Assembly: GCA_003135555.1 (NCBI GenBank) | Contig: PLCF01000027.1 | Span: 41,943-105,942 of the forward strand | Length of the DNA stretch: 64,000 nucleotides | Direction of reading: 5' to 3' | Origin: Vulcanimicrobiota bacterium | GTDB lineage: Bacteria > Vulcanimicrobiota > Vulcanimicrobiia > Vulcanimicrobiales > Vulcanimicrobiaceae | In this document: positions 9,763 to 18,917 of the stretch, in pieces | Position numbering within the stretch: the stretch's first letter is position 1 | Layout: each line of letters opens with the position of its first letter | Notes under the pieces: model-generated | Database searches by the model: none | What the model was told of the DNA's origin: nothing | What the model saw: the letters and a program-made list of their open reading frames with translations, nothing else | Translations under genes and position numbers: made by a program

Positions 9763-9944
9763 GCCTGCCGCGCGTTGTCCAGGCCTCTGACGATCTCCGC
9801 GCCTTGCACGTCGCAGCCGAGCTCGGCGGCAAGGCTCAAAACCTCGCGCACGAACCGTTCCGGCTCGACGCGCCGCAGGCGCAACGCCAAGTCCGAATCG
9901 GCGTGCACGCGCTCGCGCAGCGTTCGCAGCCCGTCAGCGGACAT
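9738..9944 (-). CDS. Small Nif11-leader-like protein
   Basis: MSADGLRTLRERVHADSDLALRL...VLSLAAELGCDV..AEI resembles the Nif11 pattern (L..F...V..D..L...L ... A.E.G); overlaps the sulfotransferase start. Confidence 0.6.
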   Translation of the reverse strand: MSADGLRTLRERVHADSDLALRLRRVEPERFVREVLSLAAELGCDVQGAEIVRGLDNARQAWIMRWIR

Positions 9945-10068
9945 CAGTGTTCGACGAAGTCGGAGCTCGAAAAACGGATCGGTGAACGGTTCGTCGACGA
10001 TCGCCCAGTCGACCAGCGGTTCGGCTCCGTTCGCGCGAATGCGTATCGGCGCAGGCCCTCAGCGACAT
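9945..10068 (-). pseudogene. Frameshifted duplicate of the sulfotransferase N-terminus
   Basis: Reads APIRIRANGAEPLVDWAIVDEPFTDPFFE versus TPIRVHGSVAEPLLDWAIVDGPFADPFFE. DNA 9966-10026 aligns with 9628-9688. The ATG at 10068 is out of frame. Confidence 0.7.
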
Positions 10069-10685
10069 CAGGACGTCGGCGGAACCGCCGCCTCGAGCAG
10101 CTGCAGCAGGTCGTCGTCGACGATGCAGTCGACGACGAGATGGATGCGCGGGCCGGGGCCGGGGTTGTGGACGCTGTGCGCATTCGACACGTCGACGTAC
10201 CAGCATTCGCCGGGAGCCATGTGCAGCGGCTCCCCGCCTAGCACGAACTCGACGCCCGGCCCCGTGACGACGGGTATGTGGAACCGCACGAAGCCGTAGT
10301 CGACGCCGATGTTGTAGTCCTCGTGTTCGAGGATGCGCGCAGCCGGGCCCAGCCTCAGCAGACGGACGGACCGTGTTTCGCATGCGATTTCGGCTAGGAC
10401 GCTGCGAATCGCCGGACAGCGCTCGAGATACGGCGTGTCGAGCCAGGGCGCGGTACCGGTCGGGTCCGGTCCGAGCGTCAAACGACCGTGCGGAGAGCGC
10501 AATGGGACGCCGCTCCAATCCCCCTCGTAGTACGCGCGGTTGAAATGCGTGATCCACTCGCTCTGGTCGAACGCCAGCGCTTCGCCCGCGAGCGCGTCCG
10601 CGTCGAACGCGAACGGCAACTTCAGCCGCGACGGAAGCGCCTCGTCCTTCGACAGGTCTGTTGCATCAGGCGTCGCCAGTGACAC
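10068..10685 (-). CDS. Aspartyl/asparaginyl beta-hydroxylase domain protein (Fe(II)/2OG oxygenase)
   Basis: RLLRLGPAARILEHED (HxD), RFHIPV, HSVHN, RIHLVVD; start chosen at GTG 10685. Confidence 0.85.
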   Translation of the reverse strand: MSLATPDATDLSKDEALPSRLKLPFAFDADALAGEALAFDQSEWITHFNRAYYEGDWSGVPLRSPHGRLTLGPDPTGTAPWLDTPYLERCPAIRSVLAEIACETRSVRLLRLGPAARILEHEDYNIGVDYGFVRFHIPVVTGPGVEFVLGGEPLHMAPGECWYVDVSNAHSVHNPGPGPRIHLVVDCIVDDDLLQLLEAAVPPTS

Positions 10686-10708
10686 TCGGGGCCCTTCGTC
10701 GCGTCCGA

Positions 10709-10876
10709 TCAAGGTGACTTCAACTCTGCCAGGAGATCGTCTGCAGAATCGAATTTGCGCAGCCGACCGGCGGCGATGGCAGCATCGGCTTCCCGCTCCA
10801 TCGCTTGCCAACGCTCCGACCAGAACCACGCTTGAGACGCGTCGACCGTGTGCTCCGGGATCAGCTCGAAACCCAT
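10709..10876 (-). CDS. Orphan antitoxin-like protein (C-terminal half of an AbrB/MazE-type antitoxin)
   Basis: DASQAWFWSERWQAMEREADAAIAAGRLRKFDSADDLLAEL motif; no AbrB domain and no adjacent toxin. Confidence 0.6.
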   Translation of the reverse strand: MGFELIPEHTVDASQAWFWSERWQAMEREADAAIAAGRLRKFDSADDLLAELKSP

Positions 10877-10955
10877 AACCGAAGAATAGCCGATATGCGG
10901 AGTTGCCGTAATGCCGCAATCTCCGTTCAGTGCAGACCGCTGCGCTTGGGCTTCC

Positions 10956-12449
10956 CTACTGTTCGACAAAATCCGGATACGCGCTCTTGGCGTAGGGGTC
11001 GTCGGAGGGCCACTCGGGGATGCGGTCGTCCCACGGCGTCGCCTCGCGCTCGGGCAGCGTCACCTCTTGGGCCACCCCGATCTTGTGCAGCGTGGCGAGG
11101 GTCTCGACGTGCCCGGTCTGCGGGAACATGTCGAACGGCTGCACGACGCCCAGCGCGTATCCGCGCTTCGACAGATACGCCAGGTCGCGCGCGAGCGTCG
11201 CCGGATTGCACGACAGATACCACAAGTTTGGCACGCCGGCTGCCGCGATCGCGTCGAGCGTTGCTTCGTCGCTGCCTTTGCGCGGCGGGTCGAGGAACAC
11301 GATCGCCGCATCCGCCAGCGCCTTCTTCCCGTCCGCGTTCGCGATGGTGCCCTCGACGCGGCCTTCGACGAAGCGCACCTGGCCCTCGACCCCGTTGAGC
11401 GCGGCGTTCTCGCGCGCCTCGCGCACGGCGGCGGGGTTCTCCTCGACGCCGACCACGTTGGCCCCGCGCGCGGCGAAGAAGATCGCAAACGTGCCGGCGC
11501 CGCAGTACAGGTCGACGATGTTGCGGTGCTTCGCGATCCCGGGTTCGAGAAACCGAAAGATCCGGCCCACCATCTCGCTGTTGACCTGGAAGAACGATGC
11601 CGGCGAGACGCGATACTTCACGCCCTCGATCGTCTCGCTCATCTCGCGCTTGCCCCACACGTAGGCCATCTTGCTGCCCAACACCGCGTTGGCGGTGCGC
11701 GGCTCGAACGAGTTCGAGATGCCGACGACGCCGCGCACGCGACGCGCGATCGCCGGCGCCTTGTCCTTGATCGCCGGGGACTGCCGGTCGGTGGTGATCG
11801 AGAGCACCGCCTCGCCCGACGCAGCGCCCGCGCGCACGATGGCATGCTTGGCGCCCGCGAAGGCGTCGCGCGAGTCCGGTGCGCGCGCGGCCTCGTAGAG
11901 CGTGCCGATCGCCGCGTCGAGCTGCGGCAGCACCACCGGGCAAGAATCGATGCGGACCAGCGCGTGCGAGCGGGCTTGGTAGAATCCGAACGACGTCTCG
12001 CCCGCGGTTTGATCGACGACGAGCGCCATCTTGTTGCGGTAGTTGCGCGGATGCGTCATCCCGACCGGACGCCGCACGTCGGCGTTCGCGAAGCCGCCGA
12101 TGCGGCGCAACGCGCTGCGGACGATCTGTTCTTTCCACGCCAGCTGCGCCGGATAGGCGAGGTGCTGCACCTGGCAGCCGCCGCACACGCCGAACACGGC
12201 GCAGAACGGTTTGGCGCGCATCTCCGACTGCGCCTCATAGCCGACGACCTCGCCGACCGCGTAGTTGGGTTTCACCTGCGCGATGCGAACTCGCGCGCGT
12301 TCGCCCGGCAGCGGACCCGGGACGAAGACCACTAAGCCCTCGATTCGGCCGACCGCCTGTCCGTTCGCCAACAGGTCGGTGAAGCGAACGGAGGCGACGG
12401 CCCCGGGGGCCAGACCGGGCGACACGCGGCGCCCGGGATCGGTCGACAC
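10956..12449 (-). CDS. rlmD: 23S rRNA (uracil-C5)-methyltransferase RlmD
   Basis: TRAM domain, C-x5-CGGC Fe-S motif, SFFQVN, DLYCGAG, LDPPRKG, YLSCNP, DMFPQTGHVE. Confidence 0.93.
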   Translation of the reverse strand: MSTDPGRRVSPGLAPGAVASVRFTDLLANGQAVGRIEGLVVFVPGPLPGERARVRIAQVKPNYAVGEVVGYEAQSEMRAKPFCAVFGVCGGCQVQHLAYPAQLAWKEQIVRSALRRIGGFANADVRRPVGMTHPRNYRNKMALVVDQTAGETSFGFYQARSHALVRIDSCPVVLPQLDAAIGTLYEAARAPDSRDAFAGAKHAIVRAGAASGEAVLSITTDRQSPAIKDKAPAIARRVRGVVGISNSFEPRTANAVLGSKMAYVWGKREMSETIEGVKYRVSPASFFQVNSEMVGRIFRFLEPGIAKHRNIVDLYCGAGTFAIFFAARGANVVGVEENPAAVREARENAALNGVEGQVRFVEGRVEGTIANADGKKALADAAIVFLDPPRKGSDEATLDAIAAAGVPNLWYLSCNPATLARDLAYLSKRGYALGVVQPFDMFPQTGHVETLATLHKIGVAQEVTLPEREATPWDDRIPEWPSDDPYAKSAYPDFVEQ

Positions 12450-12450
12450 G

Positions 12451-12696
12451 CTACGTCGTTTTCTTCTCGTCGAGGGTCTTGATGAGCTGATTGGCCTCGT
12501 GGATGAGCGCCTGGATGCGGTCGGTCGTCTCGTCGGCGGCCGGCCGGGGCCTCAACGTCACGCGGAGCACCAGGAAGGTCAACGCGGCCGACGCACTCGC
12601 GATGCTCAGCCACACGAGGGTGCGGCCGATCGGGAATCCGGCGCGGCGTTGTTCGAGAGGTCGGTCGGTGCTCGAGGCGGTCGTCTGATCGGTCAC
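12451..12696 (-). CDS. Small single-TM hypothetical protein
   Basis: One hydrophobic segment plus a coiled-coil tail; abuts rlmD. Confidence 0.65.
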   Translation of the reverse strand: MTDQTTASSTDRPLEQRRAGFPIGRTLVWLSIASASAALTFLVLRVTLRPRPAADETTDRIQALIHEANQLIKTLDEKKTT

Positions 12697-12730
12697 GCCG
12701 CGACGCTTCGGCGGCGCACCGCTCCCGTCC

Positions 12731-13720
12731 TCACTCGCCTCCCCAGCCGAGGACTTGCGCGATCATGTGCGAGCGGTTCTTCGAGCCGGTCTTGTGCAGC
12801 AGGCTCTTGATGTGGTCTTGCACCGTCGACGACGTGATGAACAAGCGCTCCCCGATCTCGGGGATCTGCGACCCTTCGAGCAGCAGCACCAGCACCTGCG
12901 CCTCGCGCGGCGACATGGCGAAGCGCGCCGCGGCCGCGATCAACGAGTGCGGTTCGCGGTAGAGCTGCACGACGACGCCGATGAAGTATCCGCCCGGACC
13001 GACCAGCGGCTGCGTGAGGACCAGAAGAAACGGGCTAGGCCGCGCCACTCCGGTCTTGCGCGTCGCAGGATCGGCGGTCCAGCCGCTCGTCAGCTCGCGA
13101 ACGGCCTGCTCGATCCGGGGCGGTAGCCGCGTCTCGGAAACCGCCATCGCCGCGATCTCCTCCGGCAGCTCGCTCCAGCCCAGCACGATGCTCAAGCTCG
13201 GATCGAGCACGTACAGCGCGGACGTATCGTCGCGAGCCTCTTTGAGTACCTCGAGCTGCTCGCCGGCCCTGCGCTTGTCGGACTCCCGCGCCTCCAAGAG
13301 CCGCACGGACGAGAGCCGTTCCGATGCCCAGTCCAACGCGAAGACCAAGAGCCGAATCTCGGCCGACGAGAACGGGCCGAGCTCACGCGTCCGCAACAGG
13401 GTCAGCGTCCCGAACTCGGTACGCCGGTCGCCGAACGTCAGCGCGACCCCGCTCGTGTAGCGGCCCAACCCGCGCAGGACCGGCGTGATGCGATACCCCT
13501 GGTGCGCACGGGCGTGGTGCGGGACCTGTTGGGCCCACCAGCGCCGGTCCAGCGCGCGAGTCGAAGCGACGAATTGCTCGGGATCGCCGTCCGGGTTAAA
13601 GCTAGCAAACGCCCAGTCGCTTACGGGTACGAGCTGGACGATCGGCTCGACGATATCGCGCCGGGCGTCCGCCTGAAAGAAGCGGTCCGTGAGGGCCGAT
13701 CCGGTACCCCCCACTTTCAC
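12731..13720 (-). CDS. LuxR-family HTH transcriptional regulator with GAF-like N-terminus
   Basis: C-terminal MSPREAQVLVLLLEG..IPEIGERLFITSSTVQDHIKSLLHKTG. Confidence 0.85.
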   Translation of the reverse strand: MKVGGTGSALTDRFFQADARRDIVEPIVQLVPVSDWAFASFNPDGDPEQFVASTRALDRRWWAQQVPHHARAHQGYRITPVLRGLGRYTSGVALTFGDRRTEFGTLTLLRTRELGPFSSAEIRLLVFALDWASERLSSVRLLEARESDKRRAGEQLEVLKEARDDTSALYVLDPSLSIVLGWSELPEEIAAMAVSETRLPPRIEQAVRELTSGWTADPATRKTGVARPSPFLLVLTQPLVGPGGYFIGVVVQLYREPHSLIAAAARFAMSPREAQVLVLLLEGSQIPEIGERLFITSSTVQDHIKSLLHKTGSKNRSHMIAQVLGWGGE

Positions 13721-13819
13721 GATGGTTTTCCCACCGGCCTCATGCTAACTTGGTTTCAGCCTTCAATCAACTCCAAAGTGCTCAAGGGACGGCTGCCTAG
13801 CGTCCATCGGAATACAATC

Positions 13820-14221
13820 GTGCTCAGTAGCTCCTTTCGCTCCTGCCTGGCTGGTATCGAACCCGCCGCGCTTCCACTCCTGGTCGCGACGCTGACGCTG
13901 ATCGGATCGAGCGAACCTGTGACCATGAGTGAGATCGACGTGACGGCGATCGGCGCGCTCGAGCCGGAGCTGGTGGTCATGAACGTGGACGCGCTGACGA
14001 CGGATCCTTTCGAAGCGATCCGCATGACCCGCTTTCTGCTGCGCTCGTGCATCATTGCGATATTCACGGCGCGGCTCGATCGATCGTGGGGATTTTCATT
14101 GCATCTCGCCGGCGCGAATTGTTTGCTGGCGAGCGGGAACGGCGAGGACCGCACTGCGCTGGGGCTGTTGCACGCGATCCGCGGCGGCTGCTTCACCGAC
14201 CGGGCCTTCGACGCAGCGTAA
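13820..14221 (+). CDS. Degenerate stand-alone receiver (REC-like) protein
   Basis: EPELVVMNVD...EAIRMTR..CIIAIFTA..AGANCLL..LHAIRGG follows NarL-type REC topology with a non-canonical phospho-site; start uncertain. Confidence 0.5.
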   Translation: MLSSSFRSCLAGIEPAALPLLVATLTLIGSSEPVTMSEIDVTAIGALEPELVVMNVDALTTDPFEAIRMTRFLLRSCIIAIFTARLDRSWGFSLHLAGANCLLASGNGEDRTALGLLHAIRGGCFTDRAFDAA

Positions 14222-14225
14222 CGCC

Positions 14226-14930
14226 ATGATCTGCAATGCGCCCGACGACCTTAGGAGCCTCGGCTGGACCGCACCGTTCGAGGGTGTCACGCTGTCACAC
14301 CACGCCCTCGCCGTCAGCGCGTCCGCCGGCGGCGACTGGGCCGAGGCGTTCCCCGTATCCGACGTCGAGCTCGCGATTTCGATCGGTGACGTGTGCGGGC
14401 ACGATGCGGCAGCCTCCAAGATCATGCTCGAGTTACGCAACGAAATCCGCACTGCGGCCTTCGTCTCGCCCGATCCGGGCGCGGTCATGCGCGCCGTCAA
14501 CGATGCCTTCTATCGGCGCCTCGAGCATACGTACGCGACATCGATCTTCGCGTTGCTCGACGTCGAACGCCGCAGCCTGCTCTTCGCGAGCGCGGGCCAT
14601 CCCGCACCGTTCATGATGTCGGGACGGCGAGCGAAATTCTTGGGCCCGCCGGTCAACGACCTGCCGTTGGGCGTCATGCCGGCGCTCGAGGTCACGCTGC
14701 ACCGCGTCTCGGTTTACGCCGGTGCGCTCGTCGTGTTCTACACCGACGGCATCGCCGAGTTCGACCGCGATTGGATGCTCGGCGAAACCTGCCTGCAACG
14801 CGCCGTTCGGGCCGCATATCGCTCGCCGGCCACGACCGCGGCTTCCATCATCGCCGAGGAGCTGTCGCGCGTAACCCGTTGCGTGGACGATGCCTCGATC
14901 CTGACGTTGCGCATGGGTCGCGCCGCGTGA
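14226..14930 (+). CDS. PP2C/SpoIIE-family Ser/Thr phosphatase (stand-alone)
   Basis: GGDW, IGDVCGH, SAGHP, FYTDGI, DDAS. Confidence 0.88.
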   Translation: MICNAPDDLRSLGWTAPFEGVTLSHHALAVSASAGGDWAEAFPVSDVELAISIGDVCGHDAAASKIMLELRNEIRTAAFVSPDPGAVMRAVNDAFYRRLEHTYATSIFALLDVERRSLLFASAGHPAPFMMSGRRAKFLGPPVNDLPLGVMPALEVTLHRVSVYAGALVVFYTDGIAEFDRDWMLGETCLQRAVRAAYRSPATTAASIIAEELSRVTRCVDDASILTLRMGRAA

Positions 14931-15760
14931 GCCACACGCGCGCGACGTTGCTGGCGCTGTTGTTCATCCACCTCGGCGCGTTGGCCGCATTCTGGCCGGG
15001 GTTCTTCAGCTGGCCGGCGGTCGCGGTCTGCGCGATCTTGATGTACGTCACCGGCTCGATCGGGATCGCGCTGGGCTACCATCGCACCCTCACCCATCGC
15101 GGGCTGCGCTTGTGGAAGCCCTTGGAATACGCGGTGTCGATATGCGGCTGCCTCGCGCTACAGGGCTCGCCGATCGATTGGGTCGCGACGCACCGGGCCC
15201 ATCACGCGCACACCGACCGCCCCGGCGACCCGCACGACGCCACCGCGGGCTTGAGCTGGTCGCACTACCTTTGGATGGTCATGCCCAACCGCTACATGGT
15301 CACCGGCGACGAACGCTTTCGCTATGCCCCGGACTTGTATGCGGATCCCGTCTACCGGCTGATGAGCCGGTATCAGATCGTCTTCACGCTGCTTCTCGCC
15401 GCCGTGCTGTTCGCGTTCGGGGGCGCGTCGTGGGTGATCTGGGGGATCTTCGTGCGGCTCGTAGTCGTCTATCAGTTCACCTGGCTCGTCAACAGCGCGG
15501 CGCACACGACCGGCTACCGGTCGTTTCGCACCGGCGATCGTTCGACGAACTGCTGGTGGGTGGCGCTGTTGGGCTGGGGTGAAGGCTGGCACAACAACCA
15601 TCACGCCTTCCCGTTCTCGGCGCGCCTCGGGCTGCGCTGGTACGAGCTCGACGTGACCTGGCTCGCCGTGCGCGTGCTCCAAGTCCTGCGCCTCGCCGCC
15701 GACGTCAAGCAGCCGTCCGCCGCGATGCAGCGCCGCCTGCGCATCGACACCGGCCGCTAG
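14927..15760 (+). CDS. Acyl-CoA/acyl-lipid delta-9 desaturase
   Basis: His boxes HRTLTH, HRAHH, GEGWHNNHH; GTGA overlap with PP2C. Confidence 0.92.
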   Translation: MSHTRATLLALLFIHLGALAAFWPGFFSWPAVAVCAILMYVTGSIGIALGYHRTLTHRGLRLWKPLEYAVSICGCLALQGSPIDWVATHRAHHAHTDRPGDPHDATAGLSWSHYLWMVMPNRYMVTGDERFRYAPDLYADPVYRLMSRYQIVFTLLLAAVLFAFGGASWVIWGIFVRLVVVYQFTWLVNSAAHTTGYRSFRTGDRSTNCWWVALLGWGEGWHNNHHAFPFSARLGLRWYELDVTWLAVRVLQVLRLAADVKQPSAAMQRRLRIDTGR

Positions 15761-15770
15761 CCCCCCATTT

Positions 15771-15793
15771 GTCAGGCTGAGCCCCGTCGAAGC
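15771..15793. repeat. REP-like short intergenic repeat (GCTTCGAC-n-GCTCAG family)
   Basis: gtcaggctgagccccgtcgaagc lies between convergent genes; a related motif is at 63311-63356. Confidence 0.5.
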
Positions 15794-15807
15794 ATGGGCC
15801 ACGATCG

Positions 15808-16284
15808 TTAGGCGACGGCGGCGTGCTCTAAGTCGATCACGTCGAGGTCGCGCTTCTCGGCGCCGGTGACGATCTTGCCGAGGTCGAGCAGGATGATGAG
15901 CCGTTCGTCGAGCTTGCCGACGCCGCGGATGTACTCGGTGTCGACGCCGGAGATCATGTCGGGTGCCTCTTCGATCTGCTCGAGCGGCAGCCGCAGCACT
16001 TCGGAAACCGAGTCGACGACCATGCCGATGCGCTTGGTCCCGATCTCGGTCACGACGATGCGCGTGTTCTTGCTGTGCTCGGCACGTTCCATTCCGAAGC
16101 GCGTGCGCAGGTCGATGATCGGGATGAGCTGACCGCGCAGGTTGATCACGCCTTCCATGAACTGCGGCGCGCGCGGGACGTGGGTCACCGCGACCATGCG
16201 ATTGATCTCTTGGACCTGTCCGATGTCGACCCCGTATTCCTCGGAGCCGAGCTTGAACGAAACGACTTGGATGCTGTCGGTCAT
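15808..16284 (-). CDS. cheW: Chemotaxis coupling protein CheW
   Basis: EEYGVDI..VQEI, GVINLRGQLIPIIDL. Confidence 0.95.
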   Translation of the reverse strand: MTDSIQVVSFKLGSEEYGVDIGQVQEINRMVAVTHVPRAPQFMEGVINLRGQLIPIIDLRTRFGMERAEHSKNTRIVVTEIGTKRIGMVVDSVSEVLRLPLEQIEEAPDMISGVDTEYIRGVGKLDERLIILLDLGKIVTGAEKRDLDVIDLEHAAVA

Positions 16285-16290
16285 CGGTAA

Positions 16291-18285
16291 TTAAACTCCG
16301 GAGAATTCGGCGCGCGCGGCTCGCCCGTTGCCGTACGCGCCTGCGACGAGTGAATGGACGTCGATGATGAGCGAGATCGAACCATTGCCCAGGATCGTCG
16401 CACCCGAGATCCCGGCGATCCGACCGATCACGTCGGAGAGCGGCTTAATGACGATCTCTTGCTCGCCTTGGAACGAGTCGACGACGAGGCCGACCTGGCG
16501 GCCCTGCAGGCCGACGATGACGATCATGACCTTGTCGGGGTCGCGGGGCGCCTCGAGCCGAAAGAATTCGCCGACCCGGATCAGCGGAACGACCTGGCCG
16601 CGCAGCGTGATGACCTCGCCGCCGTGGACGGTGCGCACCTCGCCGGCATCGATGCGCTGCGACTCGATCACCGCGTCGAGCGGTATCGAGTAGAGCTCGT
16701 CGGCGACGCGCACGAGCAACGCCTGGATGATCGCCAGCGTGAGCGGCAGCTTGATGGTGAAGGTCGTGCCTTCGCCCGGAACCGTGTCGACATCGAAGAC
16801 GCCCTTGAGCCGCAGCACGTTCTTCTTCACCACGTCCATCCCGACGCCGCGGCCCGAGACGTCGGTGACTTCGTTGGCGGTCGAGAAGCCCGGGCTGAAG
16901 ATCAGCTCCACGATCTCGCGGTCGCTTAGGCGGTCGTCCTCGGCGATCAGCCCCATGCGCACGCCGCGCTCGCGCACGCGCGCGAGATCGATCCCCGCAC
17001 CGTCGTCGGAGATCTCGACGATGACTTGATTGCCCTCGTGATAGGCGTTGAGCCGAATCGTACCGTAGCTCGGCTTGCCGCGCGACTCGCGCACCTCGGG
17101 CGACTCGATCCCGTGGTCGATGCAGTTGCGCACGAGGTGCATGAGCGGCTCGCCGACCTCGTCGACGATGGTCTTGTCGAGGTCGGTCTCGGCGCCGGCG
17201 ATCTCGAGGCGGATCTCCTTCGCGCGTGCCTTGGCGAGGTCGCGGACCATGCGCGGAAAGCGGTCGAAGACCTGTCCGATCGGCACCATGCGGACCTTCA
17301 TGATGCTCTCTTGGATCTCGTTGGTCGTACGCGCCAGCAGGGTCGACGATTCCGACAGGTCCTTCGCCAGCGCTATCAATCCGTTTTCGGCGCGACCGCC
17401 GGCGGCGAGCTCGCGGCCCAGCGTCGCGGCGATGTCGGAGATGCGCGTGCGGTTGATCACCAGCTCGCCGACCAGGTTGAGCAGCATGTCGAGCCGCTCG
17501 ATGTCGACGCGAATGGTCTGGTTCTTGAGCCCGGCCCGTTTCTGGGCGGGCGCCGGCGCCGCGGCCGCCGCGCCGGGGAACTTCAACGGCGCGGGCAGTT
17601 CGGGTCCGGACGAGTGGCCCAGCGGTACGCCGAAAAAGAGCGCGTCGACGGCGGCTTGCGCCGACAGCGCGTCCGGCGCCGGCGCGGGCGCGGGTTCCGC
17701 TACCGCCGCGGCGGGAGCGGGCTCGGCGTCGCCGGCGTGGGCCTGCGCTTCGGCCAGCAGCCGTTCCACCTCGGCCTGAAACGCGGCGACCTGCGCGTCG
17801 TCGAGCGGGCCGAGGTCCTCGGTATCGTCGTGCTCGCCACGCGGTCCTTCGATCGCTTGCGCGGTTGAGTCGTAGACGGCCGCGAAGGCGTCGAGCCGCG
17901 CGACGTACTCGTCGACACCCTCGGGCGTCTCACCATCGGAGACCGCGGCGCGCACCAGCGCGGTGAGGACGTCGCGCCCTTCGAAGAGCAAGTTGACGCC
18001 GCCCTCGGTGAGCGGCATGCGGTCCTTGCGCAGCAGATCGTAGACGTTCTCGAGCTTGTGCGCGACCTGCTGGACCGCTGCGAACTCCAGCATCCCGGCG
18101 CTGCCCTTGATGGTGTGCAGCGCGCGAAAGAGCGAGTTGACGATCTCGCCGTCGATCGTTGCCGTATCGGCGTATTGTTCGAGCCGCAGCAGATCGGCGT
18201 CGATCGCCTGCAGCAGCTCGTCGGTCTCGTCGCGGAAGTACTGAACGAACTCGGTGCGGTCGAAAAAGTGATCGGAGGGGTGCAC
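16291..18285 (-). CDS. cheA: Chemotaxis histidine kinase CheA (no obvious P2 domain)
   Basis: Hpt FRALHTIKG, HLVRNCIDHG, DDGAG, SGRGVGMDVV, C-terminal CheW domain. Confidence 0.96.
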   Translation of the reverse strand: MHPSDHFFDRTEFVQYFRDETDELLQAIDADLLRLEQYADTATIDGEIVNSLFRALHTIKGSAGMLEFAAVQQVAHKLENVYDLLRKDRMPLTEGGVNLLFEGRDVLTALVRAAVSDGETPEGVDEYVARLDAFAAVYDSTAQAIEGPRGEHDDTEDLGPLDDAQVAAFQAEVERLLAEAQAHAGDAEPAPAAAVAEPAPAPAPDALSAQAAVDALFFGVPLGHSSGPELPAPLKFPGAAAAAPAPAQKRAGLKNQTIRVDIERLDMLLNLVGELVINRTRISDIAATLGRELAAGGRAENGLIALAKDLSESSTLLARTTNEIQESIMKVRMVPIGQVFDRFPRMVRDLAKARAKEIRLEIAGAETDLDKTIVDEVGEPLMHLVRNCIDHGIESPEVRESRGKPSYGTIRLNAYHEGNQVIVEISDDGAGIDLARVRERGVRMGLIAEDDRLSDREIVELIFSPGFSTANEVTDVSGRGVGMDVVKKNVLRLKGVFDVDTVPGEGTTFTIKLPLTLAIIQALLVRVADELYSIPLDAVIESQRIDAGEVRTVHGGEVITLRGQVVPLIRVGEFFRLEAPRDPDKVMIVIVGLQGRQVGLVVDSFQGEQEIVIKPLSDVIGRIAGISGATILGNGSISLIIDVHSLVAGAYGNGRAARAEFSGV

Positions 18286-18308
18286 CGCGCGAAGCCGCCC
18301 GCGACGCC

Positions 18309-18917
18309 TTAGTTGTCGACGCCGAAGACGGACAGCAGTGGCTGCAGCGAGCCCGTCTCGGGGATGAGGATGAACTGGCCGGAAACCGCCTTGTCCTTGT
18401 CGAGGAACTGCGACTCGATCAGGAAGACGTCCTGATCGGGCAGGATCGACATCAGGGTGCGAAACGCGGCCTGGATCGTGCCGTACGAGAGCGTCGGGAC
18501 CGACGGGAGCAGGTTTATCCCGGTCAGCGAGATCAGCGCCGTGAGGTAGGAGCCGGCGATGATGTTGCCCAGCTCCTTGAGCGTCGAGTCGACGATCGAG
18601 TCGAAGATCTGGATGTCGCCGATGATGCGCTTGATGAAGACGTTGACGAACTCGGCGGCTTGCTCGCGGTCGAACAGCACGACCATCTGTCCCGGCGCCT
18701 CGCCGCGCACGTACATGTGCAAGGCGGCGACGCTGCGTTCGGGGGAGCCGATCCGGTTGGAGAGGTCGCGAAACTTGAGCACGTCGATGCGCGGCTCGGA
18801 GAGCTTCACGGTGGTGTTGAGCAACTGCGACAGCGCGGTCGCCGCGTGGCCTGCCCCGATGTTGCCGACCTCCTTGAGCGCGTCGCGCTGGAGGTCGTTG
18901 AGCTGGAGGGTCGGCAT
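18309..18917 (-). CDS. cheC: CheY-P phosphatase CheC
   Basis: Two E-x2-N motifs (DALKEVGNIG, STLKELGNII). Confidence 0.93.
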   Translation of the reverse strand: MPTLQLNDLQRDALKEVGNIGAGHAATALSQLLNTTVKLSEPRIDVLKFRDLSNRIGSPERSVAALHMYVRGEAPGQMVVLFDREQAAEFVNVFIKRIIGDIQIFDSIVDSTLKELGNIIAGSYLTALISLTGINLLPSVPTLSYGTIQAAFRTLMSILPDQDVFLIESQFLDKDKAVSGQFILIPETGSLQPLLSVFGVDN

